From IMG/VR virus record IMGVR_UViG_3300046787_000200, positions 62,001-126,000 of that record: a stretch of DNA of 64,000 nt. One strand, given 5' to 3'. The position numbers and the translations under genes were made by a program. How positions within the stretch are numbered: the stretch's first letter is position 1; each line of letters starts with the position of its first letter. The notes under the pieces are model-generated. The model was not told the origin of the DNA. It worked only from the letters and a program-made list of their open reading frames with translations, and ran no database searches. Shown piece by piece: positions 36,564-45,696 of the stretch.

Positions 36564-37553
36564 ATGAAGATATTTCCAATTAAAGTAGAAAAAGCCGTAC
36601 CGACAGATCAAAAGTTTATAGAGTGGAAAATACATAATGTATGTAACCATGATTGTAGTTTTTGCGGTGCAAGACACAAAGATGGTAGCCAGCGCTGGTT
36701 CAGTTTAGAAAAGTATAAAGAATATACCGATAAATTAGTTGAAGCTTGCGGTGATAGTCCTTTCTGGATACAAATCACCGGAGGCGAACCCACATTGTTC
36801 CCTGACTTATTGCCATTACTTGCATATATGAAATCAAAAGGTGCAATGGTAAGTCTAATATCAAATGGATCACGTACTATACGTTGGTGGAAAGAATTAC
36901 AAGAAGCACATATAATTGATTACTTGTTTATAACATACCATAGTGAACAGACTGATAATTATACACATATTAGTGAAATATTAAATTTATTCCATAATGA
37001 ACCAATTGAAGTTGTTTGTTTAGTTACACATTCTATTAATAGTTTAGACAAAGCGTTTGAAGCTAGGGATTATTTAATGAATAACACCGGAGCTATAGTT
37101 ACTCTTAAATCAATGGTTTTTGGTGACTTTGACATTTATGAATTATATAGCAAAGAACAAATAACTAAACTAAAGCAAAACAATTGGGTATATGGTAATT
37201 TGAGAAATACAAAAAAACTATCCACATTGCCTATCAAATATAAAATAAATCACGCACTTAAAGTAACCTACAATAAAGATAACTTGTCACTAACAGTTGA
37301 TCCTCAATTGTTGATGAAGAAAAAACAAAATAAGTTTTTAGGTTGGGAATGTGCTATTGGCAATCATAACATGCGTATAGACCATGATGTAATATATCGA
37401 GGTGTATGCGAAGTTGGTGGACAGAAAAATTTGAATGATCCTAGTATTCAATTTGCAGATGATTATATAACCTGTACTAGCACTCAATGTTTTTGTGGTA
37501 CTGATATGATTGCACCTAAAATATTACCTGAGAATTTATACCCAAATGATTAA
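36564..37553 (+). CDS. Radical SAM protein with C-terminal Cys cluster
   Basis: CNHDCSFC, GGEPT, ISNGSR, C-terminal CAIG...C...CFC. Confidence 0.88.
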   Translation: MKIFPIKVEKAVPTDQKFIEWKIHNVCNHDCSFCGARHKDGSQRWFSLEKYKEYTDKLVEACGDSPFWIQITGGEPTLFPDLLPLLAYMKSKGAMVSLISNGSRTIRWWKELQEAHIIDYLFITYHSEQTDNYTHISEILNLFHNEPIEVVCLVTHSINSLDKAFEARDYLMNNTGAIVTLKSMVFGDFDIYELYSKEQITKLKQNNWVYGNLRNTKKLSTLPIKYKINHALKVTYNKDNLSLTVDPQLLMKKKQNKFLGWECAIGNHNMRIDHDVIYRGVCEVGGQKNLNDPSIQFADDYITCTSTQCFCGTDMIAPKILPENLYPND

Positions 37554-38514
37554 GATACCTATAAAACTTGAACGAGCAGACTCGCCGGAATTCAGAGTTA
37601 TTGAATGGAAAATCCATAACGTATGCAACTATAATTGTAGTTTTTGCTTTGATGACAATAAAGACGGTAGTGTTAGGTGGCTATCGTTAGATGAATATAA
37701 ATCTCAATTTGATAAATTATACTCAATATGTGATGGAATGCCCTATTGGGTGCAGATCACGGGCGGTGAACCAACACTATATCCGCAACTAATAGAGTTG
37801 TTAACTTACATTAAATCAAAAGGTGCATATACTAGTATAATAAGCAACGGAGCCAGAACTATCAGATGGTGGAAAGAGTTAAGAGAAAGTAATGTATTAG
37901 ACGTATTATACCTCACTCATCATTCAGAACAAAAAGGTGACCATATACACAATGCAGAAGTAATGAATTTGTTTTTAGATTCAACGACTGAAACCATTTG
38001 TGTAGTAACGCATGTATTAGACACGTTGGATAGTGCTATTGAATCGTATGATTATTTGGTTGAAAATACCGGATCAGTAATTTCATTGAAAGCTATGATT
38101 ATTAAAGAATATGATATTAACTTAGCATATACTGCTTCTCAACAAGAAAAAATAAAAAACTCTACGATGACAGTAGGTAAATTAAGACCTAATAAAATAC
38201 CTACACCTATCCCCGAAAAACTGCATATTTGGCACACATTCTTAAAAGTAGAATACAATGACGGTACTGTCGAGGAAATGAGAGCGCAGATGTTTTTAAA
38301 GAACAATAGACCTAAGTTTAAAAACTGGAAATGTGCTAACGGCAAGTATTACATAAAAATTGAAGGTAATACTGTACTGCGTGGTGTTTGTGGGGAAGGA
38401 CCAGTGGCAAACATAAATGATACTGATTTGAAGTTTCAAACTGATTATGTAACTTGTACATATGATATGTGTTATTGCAGGTCTGATTTAGCATCACCTA
38501 AATATATGGAATAA
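37546..38514 (+). CDS. Radical SAM protein, tandem paralogue of 36564..37553
   Basis: IEWKIHNVCNYNCSFC, GGEPT, RTIRWWKEL, CYC. Confidence 0.88.
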   Translation: MIKIPIKLERADSPEFRVIEWKIHNVCNYNCSFCFDDNKDGSVRWLSLDEYKSQFDKLYSICDGMPYWVQITGGEPTLYPQLIELLTYIKSKGAYTSIISNGARTIRWWKELRESNVLDVLYLTHHSEQKGDHIHNAEVMNLFLDSTTETICVVTHVLDTLDSAIESYDYLVENTGSVISLKAMIIKEYDINLAYTASQQEKIKNSTMTVGKLRPNKIPTPIPEKLHIWHTFLKVEYNDGTVEEMRAQMFLKNNRPKFKNWKCANGKYYIKIEGNTVLRGVCGEGPVANINDTDLKFQTDYVTCTYDMCYCRSDLASPKYME

Positions 38515-38522
38515 ATAACGTT

Positions 38523-38981
38523 ATGTGGATACTATCAATACTACCCGAAGCCGCAATACATACAATCTTTGGATTGGGTATTTTGGGCACAATAGCAGGA
38601 TTCGTCCTAGGATTCATTCCTTTCATCAAAGCATACAGATTAGCGATACAAGTTATCAGCTTAGTAGTGCTAGTTCTTGGTGTCTACCTTGAGGGGGGAT
38701 TAGCTGACTATAAAGAGTGGGAACTTAAAGTCAAAGAGATGGAAGCTAAAGTTGCACAAGCTGAAGCTAAATCAGCTAATGTAAATACTGAAATACAAGA
38801 AAAGGTCGTAGAAAAGACCAAAGTTGTCCGTGAAAAGGGACGCACCATCGTTCAGTACGTTGATAAAGAAATCGTCAAAAAAGAAGAAATTATCAAATAT
38901 ATTGAAAATTGTCCAGTACCTAAGGACATTATTGATATACATAATCAAGCCGCTGAATTGAACAAAGGAGCAACAAAATGA
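38523..38981 (+). CDS. Putative inner-membrane spanin (Rz-like)
   Basis: N-terminal TM segments, coiled coil, C-terminal Cys; overlaps lipoprotein gene. Confidence 0.6.
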   Translation: MWILSILPEAAIHTIFGLGILGTIAGFVLGFIPFIKAYRLAIQVISLVVLVLGVYLEGGLADYKEWELKVKEMEAKVAQAEAKSANVNTEIQEKVVEKTKVVREKGRTIVQYVDKEIVKKEEIIKYIENCPVPKDIIDIHNQAAELNKGATK

Positions 38982-39241
38982 GATATCTCTTAATTGCTCT
39001 ATTATTAGCAGGATGCTCAACAACTGTTCCTGTTACTCAAAAGTTCCCCAATGCTACTCCTGAACTAATGAAAAAATGTGAAGACCTTAAAAAGATTGAA
39101 GGTGACAAAGTAGCCATTACTGAAATGATGAAAGTAGTTGTTCATAACTATTCATTGTATTGGGAATGCAGTGCTAAAGTAGATGGTTGGCAAGACTGGT
39201 ATAACGCACAGAAGAAGATTTATGATGATATCTCAAAATAA
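38978..39241 (+). CDS. Putative outer-membrane spanin lipoprotein (Rz1-like)
   Basis: Lipobox LLAGC, Pro-containing linker, two Cys. Confidence 0.62.
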   Translation: MRYLLIALLLAGCSTTVPVTQKFPNATPELMKKCEDLKKIEGDKVAITEMMKVVVHNYSLYWECSAKVDGWQDWYNAQKKIYDDISK

Positions 39242-39497
39242 TAGCATATTATTAGCAATTTGTTTATTATTGACGGGCTGTGCAACAGTAGATAACTATC
39301 CAGTGTATGTAGAAGCACAAAAGTCATTAAGCCGTGATGCTACTGTAGCAGAAGCGGCACGTATTGCAGCCTTAACTGAAATGGTTAAAAGTTCTGACAA
39401 TGAAGTAAAGATACAAGCAATTAGAGCATTACAAGAAATCCAGCGTAGTAAGCGTCCAATTATCATACAGCAACCCAAAGGTATGTTCGGTAACTGA
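39222..39497 (+). CDS. Small lipoprotein
   Basis: Lipobox LLTGC. Confidence 0.6.
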   Translation: MMISQNNSILLAICLLLTGCATVDNYPVYVEAQKSLSRDATVAEAARIAALTEMVKSSDNEVKIQAIRALQEIQRSKRPIIIQQPKGMFGN

Positions 39498-39521
39498 TAA
39501 ATACTATATCTAGGAATTAAA

Positions 39522-40340
39522 ATGACACAAGAAGTTATCGATACAGGCGAATTACCGAACGACGGTTCCGGTGATCCGTTACGTTTAGCCTTCGACAAAA
39601 TTAACAACAATTTTGCTAACTTATTCACTACATTAGGTGCTAATGTAGAGTTGATTGATTCCTCACAATTTCCTGAACCTACTCCTACTAATAGCGGAAC
39701 GCAGAACATATTAAATATTGGTCAAGTAGTTTTTAACACCAATATTATTTCAGATCCTACTCCAGTAGAACCTCAACTACTTTCATTTAGCACTACTGAA
39801 GGCCCGTACGGTGCACAAGAATACATTAATCTTGGTGTAACACCCAATGATGGTTTAGGTGACCCATTAAGAACAGCTTTCAATAAGATTAACAATAACT
39901 TTAGTAATCTGTTCTTTACTACAGTTAATACAAGTAACATTTACACTAGCGGTTTAACTGCAGGACAAGTAATTTACGAGTATCCAGCAAATGCATTTAC
40001 ACAAGGGTCGTTCCAAATTCGTTCTAGTGATCCTGGAACCCCTGATAGTCAAAGCATTACTATATCTGCACAACTAACTAACAATAATGAAGCAGTAAAG
40101 TTTACTGGTTATGCTATGACGTTTGAAGGTAACGCATTAACAAGATATGATATGGATGTTAGTAGTGGTAACGTTAGGATTTTAGCTAATCCAATAGCTA
40201 ATACATACATATTACACTTTATCGCATCACAAGTTACATTCATAGGTGAGATTACACCGGGCGTTGATATTGGACTTGATGGCTATGTTGACTCAGTATT
40301 GGGCACACAGAATGATGATATTTTGACGACTGAGAATTAA
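39522..40340 (+). CDS. Baseplate/tail structural protein with duplicated T4 gp9/gp10-like N-terminal motif
   Basis: NDGSGDPLRLAFDKINNNF and NDGLGDPLRTAFNKINNNF; late promoter GATAAATA at 39496. Confidence 0.75.
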   Translation: MTQEVIDTGELPNDGSGDPLRLAFDKINNNFANLFTTLGANVELIDSSQFPEPTPTNSGTQNILNIGQVVFNTNIISDPTPVEPQLLSFSTTEGPYGAQEYINLGVTPNDGLGDPLRTAFNKINNNFSNLFFTTVNTSNIYTSGLTAGQVIYEYPANAFTQGSFQIRSSDPGTPDSQSITISAQLTNNNEAVKFTGYAMTFEGNALTRYDMDVSSGNVRILANPIANTYILHFIASQVTFIGEITPGVDIGLDGYVDSVLGTQNDDILTTEN

Positions 40341-40341
40341 T

Positions 40342-40743
40342 ATGAGAGCTAAAGAGTTTATAGTTGAGCAAAAGTTAGATGATGCACATGATGGCTTGGC
40401 CATTGTTGCAAAATCATTGCCCAATACATTTATTATACCTGATTTAAAGAACCAAGACTTTTATCAGTTATATCGCTTTGGCGTAGCTATGGCAGCAGTA
40501 CGTGGCGAAAGCGGTCATGACGGAGTTCAAAATGGATTTGAACCTGAATTTCAAGCTGAGTCTGATTGGGGAGAACATCAGATTGTTAGTTCAATGGATC
40601 CTGAAGTAGGGCAATTAATTGACAAAGCATTAAACAAAATAGGTAAGTCAGGTAAAAAAGCCGTTAGTACTCCAACTAGTGATGAGATGGATGATACAGT
40701 AATTAAATCACCTATTAAAGCGTTCAAAGGATATAAACGATGA
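40342..40743 (+). CDS. Putative internal head protein
   Basis: N-terminal MRAKEFIVE; C-terminal FKGYKR. Confidence 0.55.
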   Translation: MRAKEFIVEQKLDDAHDGLAIVAKSLPNTFIIPDLKNQDFYQLYRFGVAMAAVRGESGHDGVQNGFEPEFQAESDWGEHQIVSSMDPEVGQLIDKALNKIGKSGKKAVSTPTSDEMDDTVIKSPIKAFKGYKR

Positions 40744-41108
40744 GAGCAACAGAGTTTGTATTTGAAAATAAAAAAGGTAAAATAACCAAGAGACAACAGC
40801 AACCTACTCGTGGTTTGAATATCTTTGCTGACAATCAGTTTGACCGCACATATGATTTGAATCGTGTAATGATGGCAGTTGCTTGTAGCGACGGTGTAAA
40901 TCCTATTGAAATGGATGCTGAAAGTTGGGTTGGTAAGAACAATACAGCACATCCTTATACAAAAGAAGAACAAGCTATGCTTAAGTTGGCATATAAAGCT
41001 GCCGGCATCACTTATAAAGATTTAAACAAAGGTGATCTAAATAGCCAAGAATTAGAATCAACTAATACACAAAGCACAATAAAGCCTTTCAAGGGCTACA
41101 AAAAATAA
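40740..41108 (+). CDS. Putative internal head protein, paralogue of the previous gene
   Basis: N-terminal MRATEFVFE; C-terminal FKGYKK. Confidence 0.55.
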   Translation: MRATEFVFENKKGKITKRQQQPTRGLNIFADNQFDRTYDLNRVMMAVACSDGVNPIEMDAESWVGKNNTAHPYTKEEQAMLKLAYKAAGITYKDLNKGDLNSQELESTNTQSTIKPFKGYKK

Positions 41109-41160
41109 TTTCATCATTGATATAGAGAATAAGTAATTATATCAAATTACAGGATTCTCA

Positions 41161-41850
41161 ATGATAGATATTAACAACACTTTAGATTTAATCAAATTAA
41201 AATTTTATAATGAATGGCTTTATACCGCTCATATTTACGATGAGGGCACAAGCCAAATGCATGAAAATCTCACTAGAGAAATTGTAAAAAAATATATCGA
41301 TCCGATCAATTTACCAAAGAATTATAAAATCTTAGATTTGGGTTGCGGACCTGGTTACTTCTTAGATGAGATGAAACAACGTGAATATACAGATGTTACC
41401 GGAGTTACATTAAGTCCCGGTGATATTAAGATTTGTGAAGATAAAGGTCATAAAATTGCAAAATATGATTTAAGTTTCTTGCCACAAAAAGACGGATACT
41501 TTGATGAAAGTGTTGACTTTATCTTTTTACGTCATGCACTAGAACATAGTCCATATCCTATCTTTAGCTTAATGGAATATAATCGTGTATTGAAACAAGG
41601 TGGTAAAATGTACATAGAAGTACCAGCTCCGAATTGTGAAAGAATGCACGAATACAATTTGAATCATTACAGTATTTTGGGTGAAAATCAATTGGCAGCA
41701 TTACTAACACGTTGTGGTTTTGATATTGATTATTTTAACAACTTAGATTTTGATATCGAAATTCCCGGTGAAGAGAGTGAAAAGAAAACAGTTAAAGAAA
41801 AATATTTTTGTATTTTAGTAACTAAACAAAGACCATTAGATATTAAATGA
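41161..41850 (+). CDS. Class I SAM-dependent methyltransferase
   Basis: ILDLGCGPG, DFIFLRHALEH, RVLKQGG. Confidence 0.9.
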   Translation: MIDINNTLDLIKLKFYNEWLYTAHIYDEGTSQMHENLTREIVKKYIDPINLPKNYKILDLGCGPGYFLDEMKQREYTDVTGVTLSPGDIKICEDKGHKIAKYDLSFLPQKDGYFDESVDFIFLRHALEHSPYPIFSLMEYNRVLKQGGKMYIEVPAPNCERMHEYNLNHYSILGENQLAALLTRCGFDIDYFNNLDFDIEIPGEESEKKTVKEKYFCILVTKQRPLDIK

Positions 41851-42566
41851 CGGGTAAAAAAAGATTCTTAATGCATTACCCGGTTGGTGCAAGAGGTGAT
41901 TTTTTATGTACCCTACTATGCGATGACAAGTACGGTATTAATGGAACGTTCTATTCTCTTCCGCCACCGGATAAAAGAGTAGTTAAAGTCCATAATATCA
42001 ATAATGGGGTAATTTCAACTATTGATACTTTTCCTGAGCAAGTAAAAGACTTCACTGAATTATTTGAATTAGCAGATGCACATGAATTAATTAAAATAAA
42101 AATAGTGGCAAAAACAATTGAAGAAAAGCTAGACATAGCTTACTTTGGTTGGATTAAAAGTATATTTTATGGTATTGATAGAGCCAGACCGTATATTACA
42201 GTAGAGAAAAGAGACATTCCTAATCACCAAGAAGAACTAAAAAAACAAGCAGTATATTTAGTTACTACTGCTCTTACTGGAATTGATCAAACTCAAAAAG
42301 AAGATGCAGGTTATGAAGAAAAGTATAATTATATTGTCAATTTTAATGACCTGTTCAACATCGAATTCTTAAAAGAAATATTTGAAAAAGTAAATAATAA
42401 GCCTCTACCACTGGTATATATTCCCAGACTTAAAGCTAATATATCAATACAGAATAGGTTAAGCGAATCTGAGAATTATAAGTATTTTAAAGAAATGATA
42501 TTAAGGCATCAGCAGATACATGAGCATTATTGTGCCATCGACAATCTGATACAACAAATAAAATAA
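41847..42566 (+). CDS. Hypothetical protein
   Basis: ATGA-coupled long ORF. Confidence 0.75.
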   Translation: MTGKKRFLMHYPVGARGDFLCTLLCDDKYGINGTFYSLPPPDKRVVKVHNINNGVISTIDTFPEQVKDFTELFELADAHELIKIKIVAKTIEEKLDIAYFGWIKSIFYGIDRARPYITVEKRDIPNHQEELKKQAVYLVTTALTGIDQTQKEDAGYEEKYNYIVNFNDLFNIEFLKEIFEKVNNKPLPLVYIPRLKANISIQNRLSESENYKYFKEMILRHQQIHEHYCAIDNLIQQIK

Positions 42567-42605
42567 AATAAAACGATAAATACTCACTAACAGTGAGTAT
42601 TTTTT

Positions 42606-44087
42606 ATGGCCTATCCAGAACCAACAGAAGTTTCCCCGTGGTATTTACGCAATATTACGCAAGCATTAGCACTAGATAGTGTTACAGGCAATGTATATGT
42701 TCGCACCGACTCAAATGTTACAGTAGGAAATCTTACAGTAGGCAATGTAGGTATTACTAGCCTAGGTAATGTAGATATTTCAGGTAATACTTTACCAATC
42801 ACCGGTAATATTACAATAGACCCTGGTCAAACAATTGAAGTCACGCAGGGCACAGATCCTTGGGTGGTATCAGGCAATGTAAATGCCACATTATCGGGTA
42901 CTCCGCAAGTAGAAATTACCGGTTATAACTTAGATGCGTTTGCTAGGTTGCGTGTATCTAATCCCTATACATTCTTTGACTCGGCATTGACCGGTGAGCG
43001 TAGATATGATTGGTCAAGTGCTACTGCCACCAGCGGTACTGTAACTTTTGATTACAACGCTAATGTTAGAAATTTAAATGTAACTGCGGCCAGTGGCAGT
43101 GAAGTTATCCGTGAAAGTATTTGGTGCTTCCCTTATCAAGCAGGTAAGAGCTTGTTAGTAATGTCAAGTTTCATTATGAGTCCTGCTAAAACAGGATTAA
43201 GACAACGAGTTGGATACTTTGGCGCAAGCAACGGTGTATACTTTGAGCAAGCAAATAGCACAAAGAATATGGTTATCCGTTCAAGTAGTTCAGGAAGTCT
43301 AGTTGAAGATAGAGTAGCACAGATTGATTGGAATACAGATAAATTAAACGGTACTGGACCATCAGGTATAACACTTGATACTACCGCTACACAGATTTTC
43401 TGGTGCGACATTGAATGGCTAGGTGTAGGTACAGTTCGTTGTGGATTTGTTATTGACGGTCAATTCATCACTTGTCATACATTTAATCACGCCAATGACC
43501 CAACATATACCACAACATATATGGGTTCTGCGACATTACCTTGTAGATATGAGATAACTAATACGGGCGCCACCTCAGGGGCAAGTACGATGCAACAAAT
43601 ATGTACTACTGTCATTAGTGAGGGTGGTTACAATATGCCTGCATTTACGAATACTGCAGGTACTGGAATTTCTACAGTAAGATTAACGACCGGAGGGACA
43701 TATTATCCTATCGTTAGTATTAGACTAAACAGTTCATATCTGAATAGTATTGTAAAAGTAAATCAAATTGATATTTTAAGTCCATCAGTAAATTATTATC
43801 GTTGGGAATTATTACGCAATGCTACATTAACCGGTGCAACTTGGACTGACACTTCATCTACTGTGAGAGTGGATGTTGATACTGCTGCCACTGCAGTAAC
43901 AGGTGGTACTCCTATGCAAAGTGGTTTTGCAAGTTCTAGGGAAAATGCAACATTACAAGCAGAAAACATTTATGCACAGTTAGGAAGAACGCTCGCCGGT
44001 GTTAGTGATACTTACACACTGGTAATTACAGCCGCATCAAACAACGCAGATGTACTAGCACAAATGGGTTGGCAAGAAATACTGTAA
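42606..44087 (+). CDS. Putative virion structural (beta-rich) protein
   Basis: Thr/Gly/Ser rich; DAFARLRVSNP, YQAGKS, EWLGVG, C-terminal WQE; late promoter upstream. Confidence 0.65.
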   Translation: MAYPEPTEVSPWYLRNITQALALDSVTGNVYVRTDSNVTVGNLTVGNVGITSLGNVDISGNTLPITGNITIDPGQTIEVTQGTDPWVVSGNVNATLSGTPQVEITGYNLDAFARLRVSNPYTFFDSALTGERRYDWSSATATSGTVTFDYNANVRNLNVTAASGSEVIRESIWCFPYQAGKSLLVMSSFIMSPAKTGLRQRVGYFGASNGVYFEQANSTKNMVIRSSSSGSLVEDRVAQIDWNTDKLNGTGPSGITLDTTATQIFWCDIEWLGVGTVRCGFVIDGQFITCHTFNHANDPTYTTTYMGSATLPCRYEITNTGATSGASTMQQICTTVISEGGYNMPAFTNTAGTGISTVRLTTGGTYYPIVSIRLNSSYLNSIVKVNQIDILSPSVNYYRWELLRNATLTGATWTDTSSTVRVDVDTAATAVTGGTPMQSGFASSRENATLQAENIYAQLGRTLAGVSDTYTLVITAASNNADVLAQMGWQEIL

Positions 44088-44115
44088 AGTTATTTTTACC
44101 CAATAAATACTCACT

Positions 44116-45675
44116 ATGAGTAAGCCATTAAGCAACGCACCGTCATTAGTAAAGAATCCTTATACTAAAACAGTTTTCAAAACTGATAAAGAACTACAGG
44201 ATTTTATTAAATGCTGTGACCCAGATACAGGTTATCTATATTTTATGGATAACTTCTTCTACATACAACACCCTACAAAAGGTAGTATGTTGTACCACCC
44301 ATGGCCCTATCAGCAACGGTTGATTGATACATATCATAGATATCGTTATAGTATCTCATTGATGCCTCGACAATCAGGTAAATCAACTTCAGCCGCAGGT
44401 TATTTACTTTGGTACGCAATGTTTGTTCCCGATTCAACTATCTTAGTTGCGGCACACAAATACACAGGTGCTCAGGAGATTATGCAACGTATTCGTTATG
44501 CATATGAAAACTGCCCCGATCATATTAAAGCAGGTGTAACAACATACAACAAAGGTTCATTAGACTTTGAGAACGGTAGTCGTATTGTTTCAGCAACAAC
44601 TACTGAAAATACAGGTCGTGGTATGTCTATTACACTATTGTACCTTGACGAGTTTGCATTTGTTAGACCAAGTATCGCTAAAGAATTCTGGACAGCGATT
44701 ACACCTACACTATCAACTGGTGGTAAAGCGATTATCACAAGTACTCCTAACTCAGACGAAGATCAATTCGCACTGATTTGGAAAGGTGCTAACAAGACTG
44801 AAGATGAGTTTGGTAACACAACAGAACTAGGTGTTAATGGTTTCCGTTCTTACAGAGCATACTGGAATGAACAACCGGGAAGAGATGAGCAATGGGCTAA
44901 AGAGATGAAAGCTCAGTTGGGTGAGGATCGTTTCAACCGAGAGATTGGTTGTGAGTTCATTATTGCTGACGAAACATTAATCAATCCAAACACATTGATT
45001 ATGATGGAAGGCACAGAACCAGTAAGTCGTCAAGGTCAGGTCAGATGGTATCAGACACCTAAGAAGGGCAATATCTATTGTGTAGGCCTAGACCCAAGTC
45101 TTGGTACAGGAGGTGATCCGGCTGCTATTCAAATATTTGAAGCTAATACAACTACACAAGTAGGTGAGTGGAAACATAACAAAACAGACATTCCTAGTCA
45201 GGTTAAACTAATAGCACAGATTAACAAGTATATCGCAGAATGCACCGGGGAACCTAATAATATCTATTACAGTATTGAATGTAATGGCATCGGGGAAGCC
45301 GCTATTGTATCATTAAATGAATACGGGGAATCTAATATCCCGGGTATCTTTATCAGCGAAGCAGGTAAAGGACGTAAAGGATTCAATACAACTAATAAGA
45401 GTAAGCTAGCAAGTTGTGCTAAGTTCAAAACATTAGTTGAAAGTAAGAAAATGACTGTAAATAGTCGTAGTCTTATCAGTGAATTAAAAGCTTTTGTAGC
45501 ACATGGTGGTAGTTATGCCGCTAAGATTGGGGACACTGACGATTTGATTATGGCCAGCTTATTAGTAACACGTATGTTACAGCAATTAAGTGACTATCAT
45601 TATGATTTAGAGAATCAAATCAGAGATCACAACGAAGTTATAATGCCTTTGCCGTTCTATGCGGTCATGGGTTAA
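44116..45675 (+). CDS. Terminase large subunit (T4 gp17-like)
   Basis: PRQSGKS Walker A, LYLDEFAF Walker B, TSTPN, GLDPS and DDLIMA nuclease motifs. Confidence 0.95.
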   Translation: MSKPLSNAPSLVKNPYTKTVFKTDKELQDFIKCCDPDTGYLYFMDNFFYIQHPTKGSMLYHPWPYQQRLIDTYHRYRYSISLMPRQSGKSTSAAGYLLWYAMFVPDSTILVAAHKYTGAQEIMQRIRYAYENCPDHIKAGVTTYNKGSLDFENGSRIVSATTTENTGRGMSITLLYLDEFAFVRPSIAKEFWTAITPTLSTGGKAIITSTPNSDEDQFALIWKGANKTEDEFGNTTELGVNGFRSYRAYWNEQPGRDEQWAKEMKAQLGEDRFNREIGCEFIIADETLINPNTLIMMEGTEPVSRQGQVRWYQTPKKGNIYCVGLDPSLGTGGDPAAIQIFEANTTTQVGEWKHNKTDIPSQVKLIAQINKYIAECTGEPNNIYYSIECNGIGEAAIVSLNEYGESNIPGIFISEAGKGRKGFNTTNKSKLASCAKFKTLVESKKMTVNSRSLISELKAFVAHGGSYAAKIGDTDDLIMASLLVTRMLQQLSDYHYDLENQIRDHNEVIMPLPFYAVMG

Positions 45676-45696
45676 ACCAAATTTGATAAATACATT

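Noticed and set aside
36564-38514. Specific calls (MoaA, QueE, viperin) for the two radical SAM paralogues
   Set aside because: Only generic CX3CX2C and GGEP motifs are recognisable, and no pathway partner genes are adjacent
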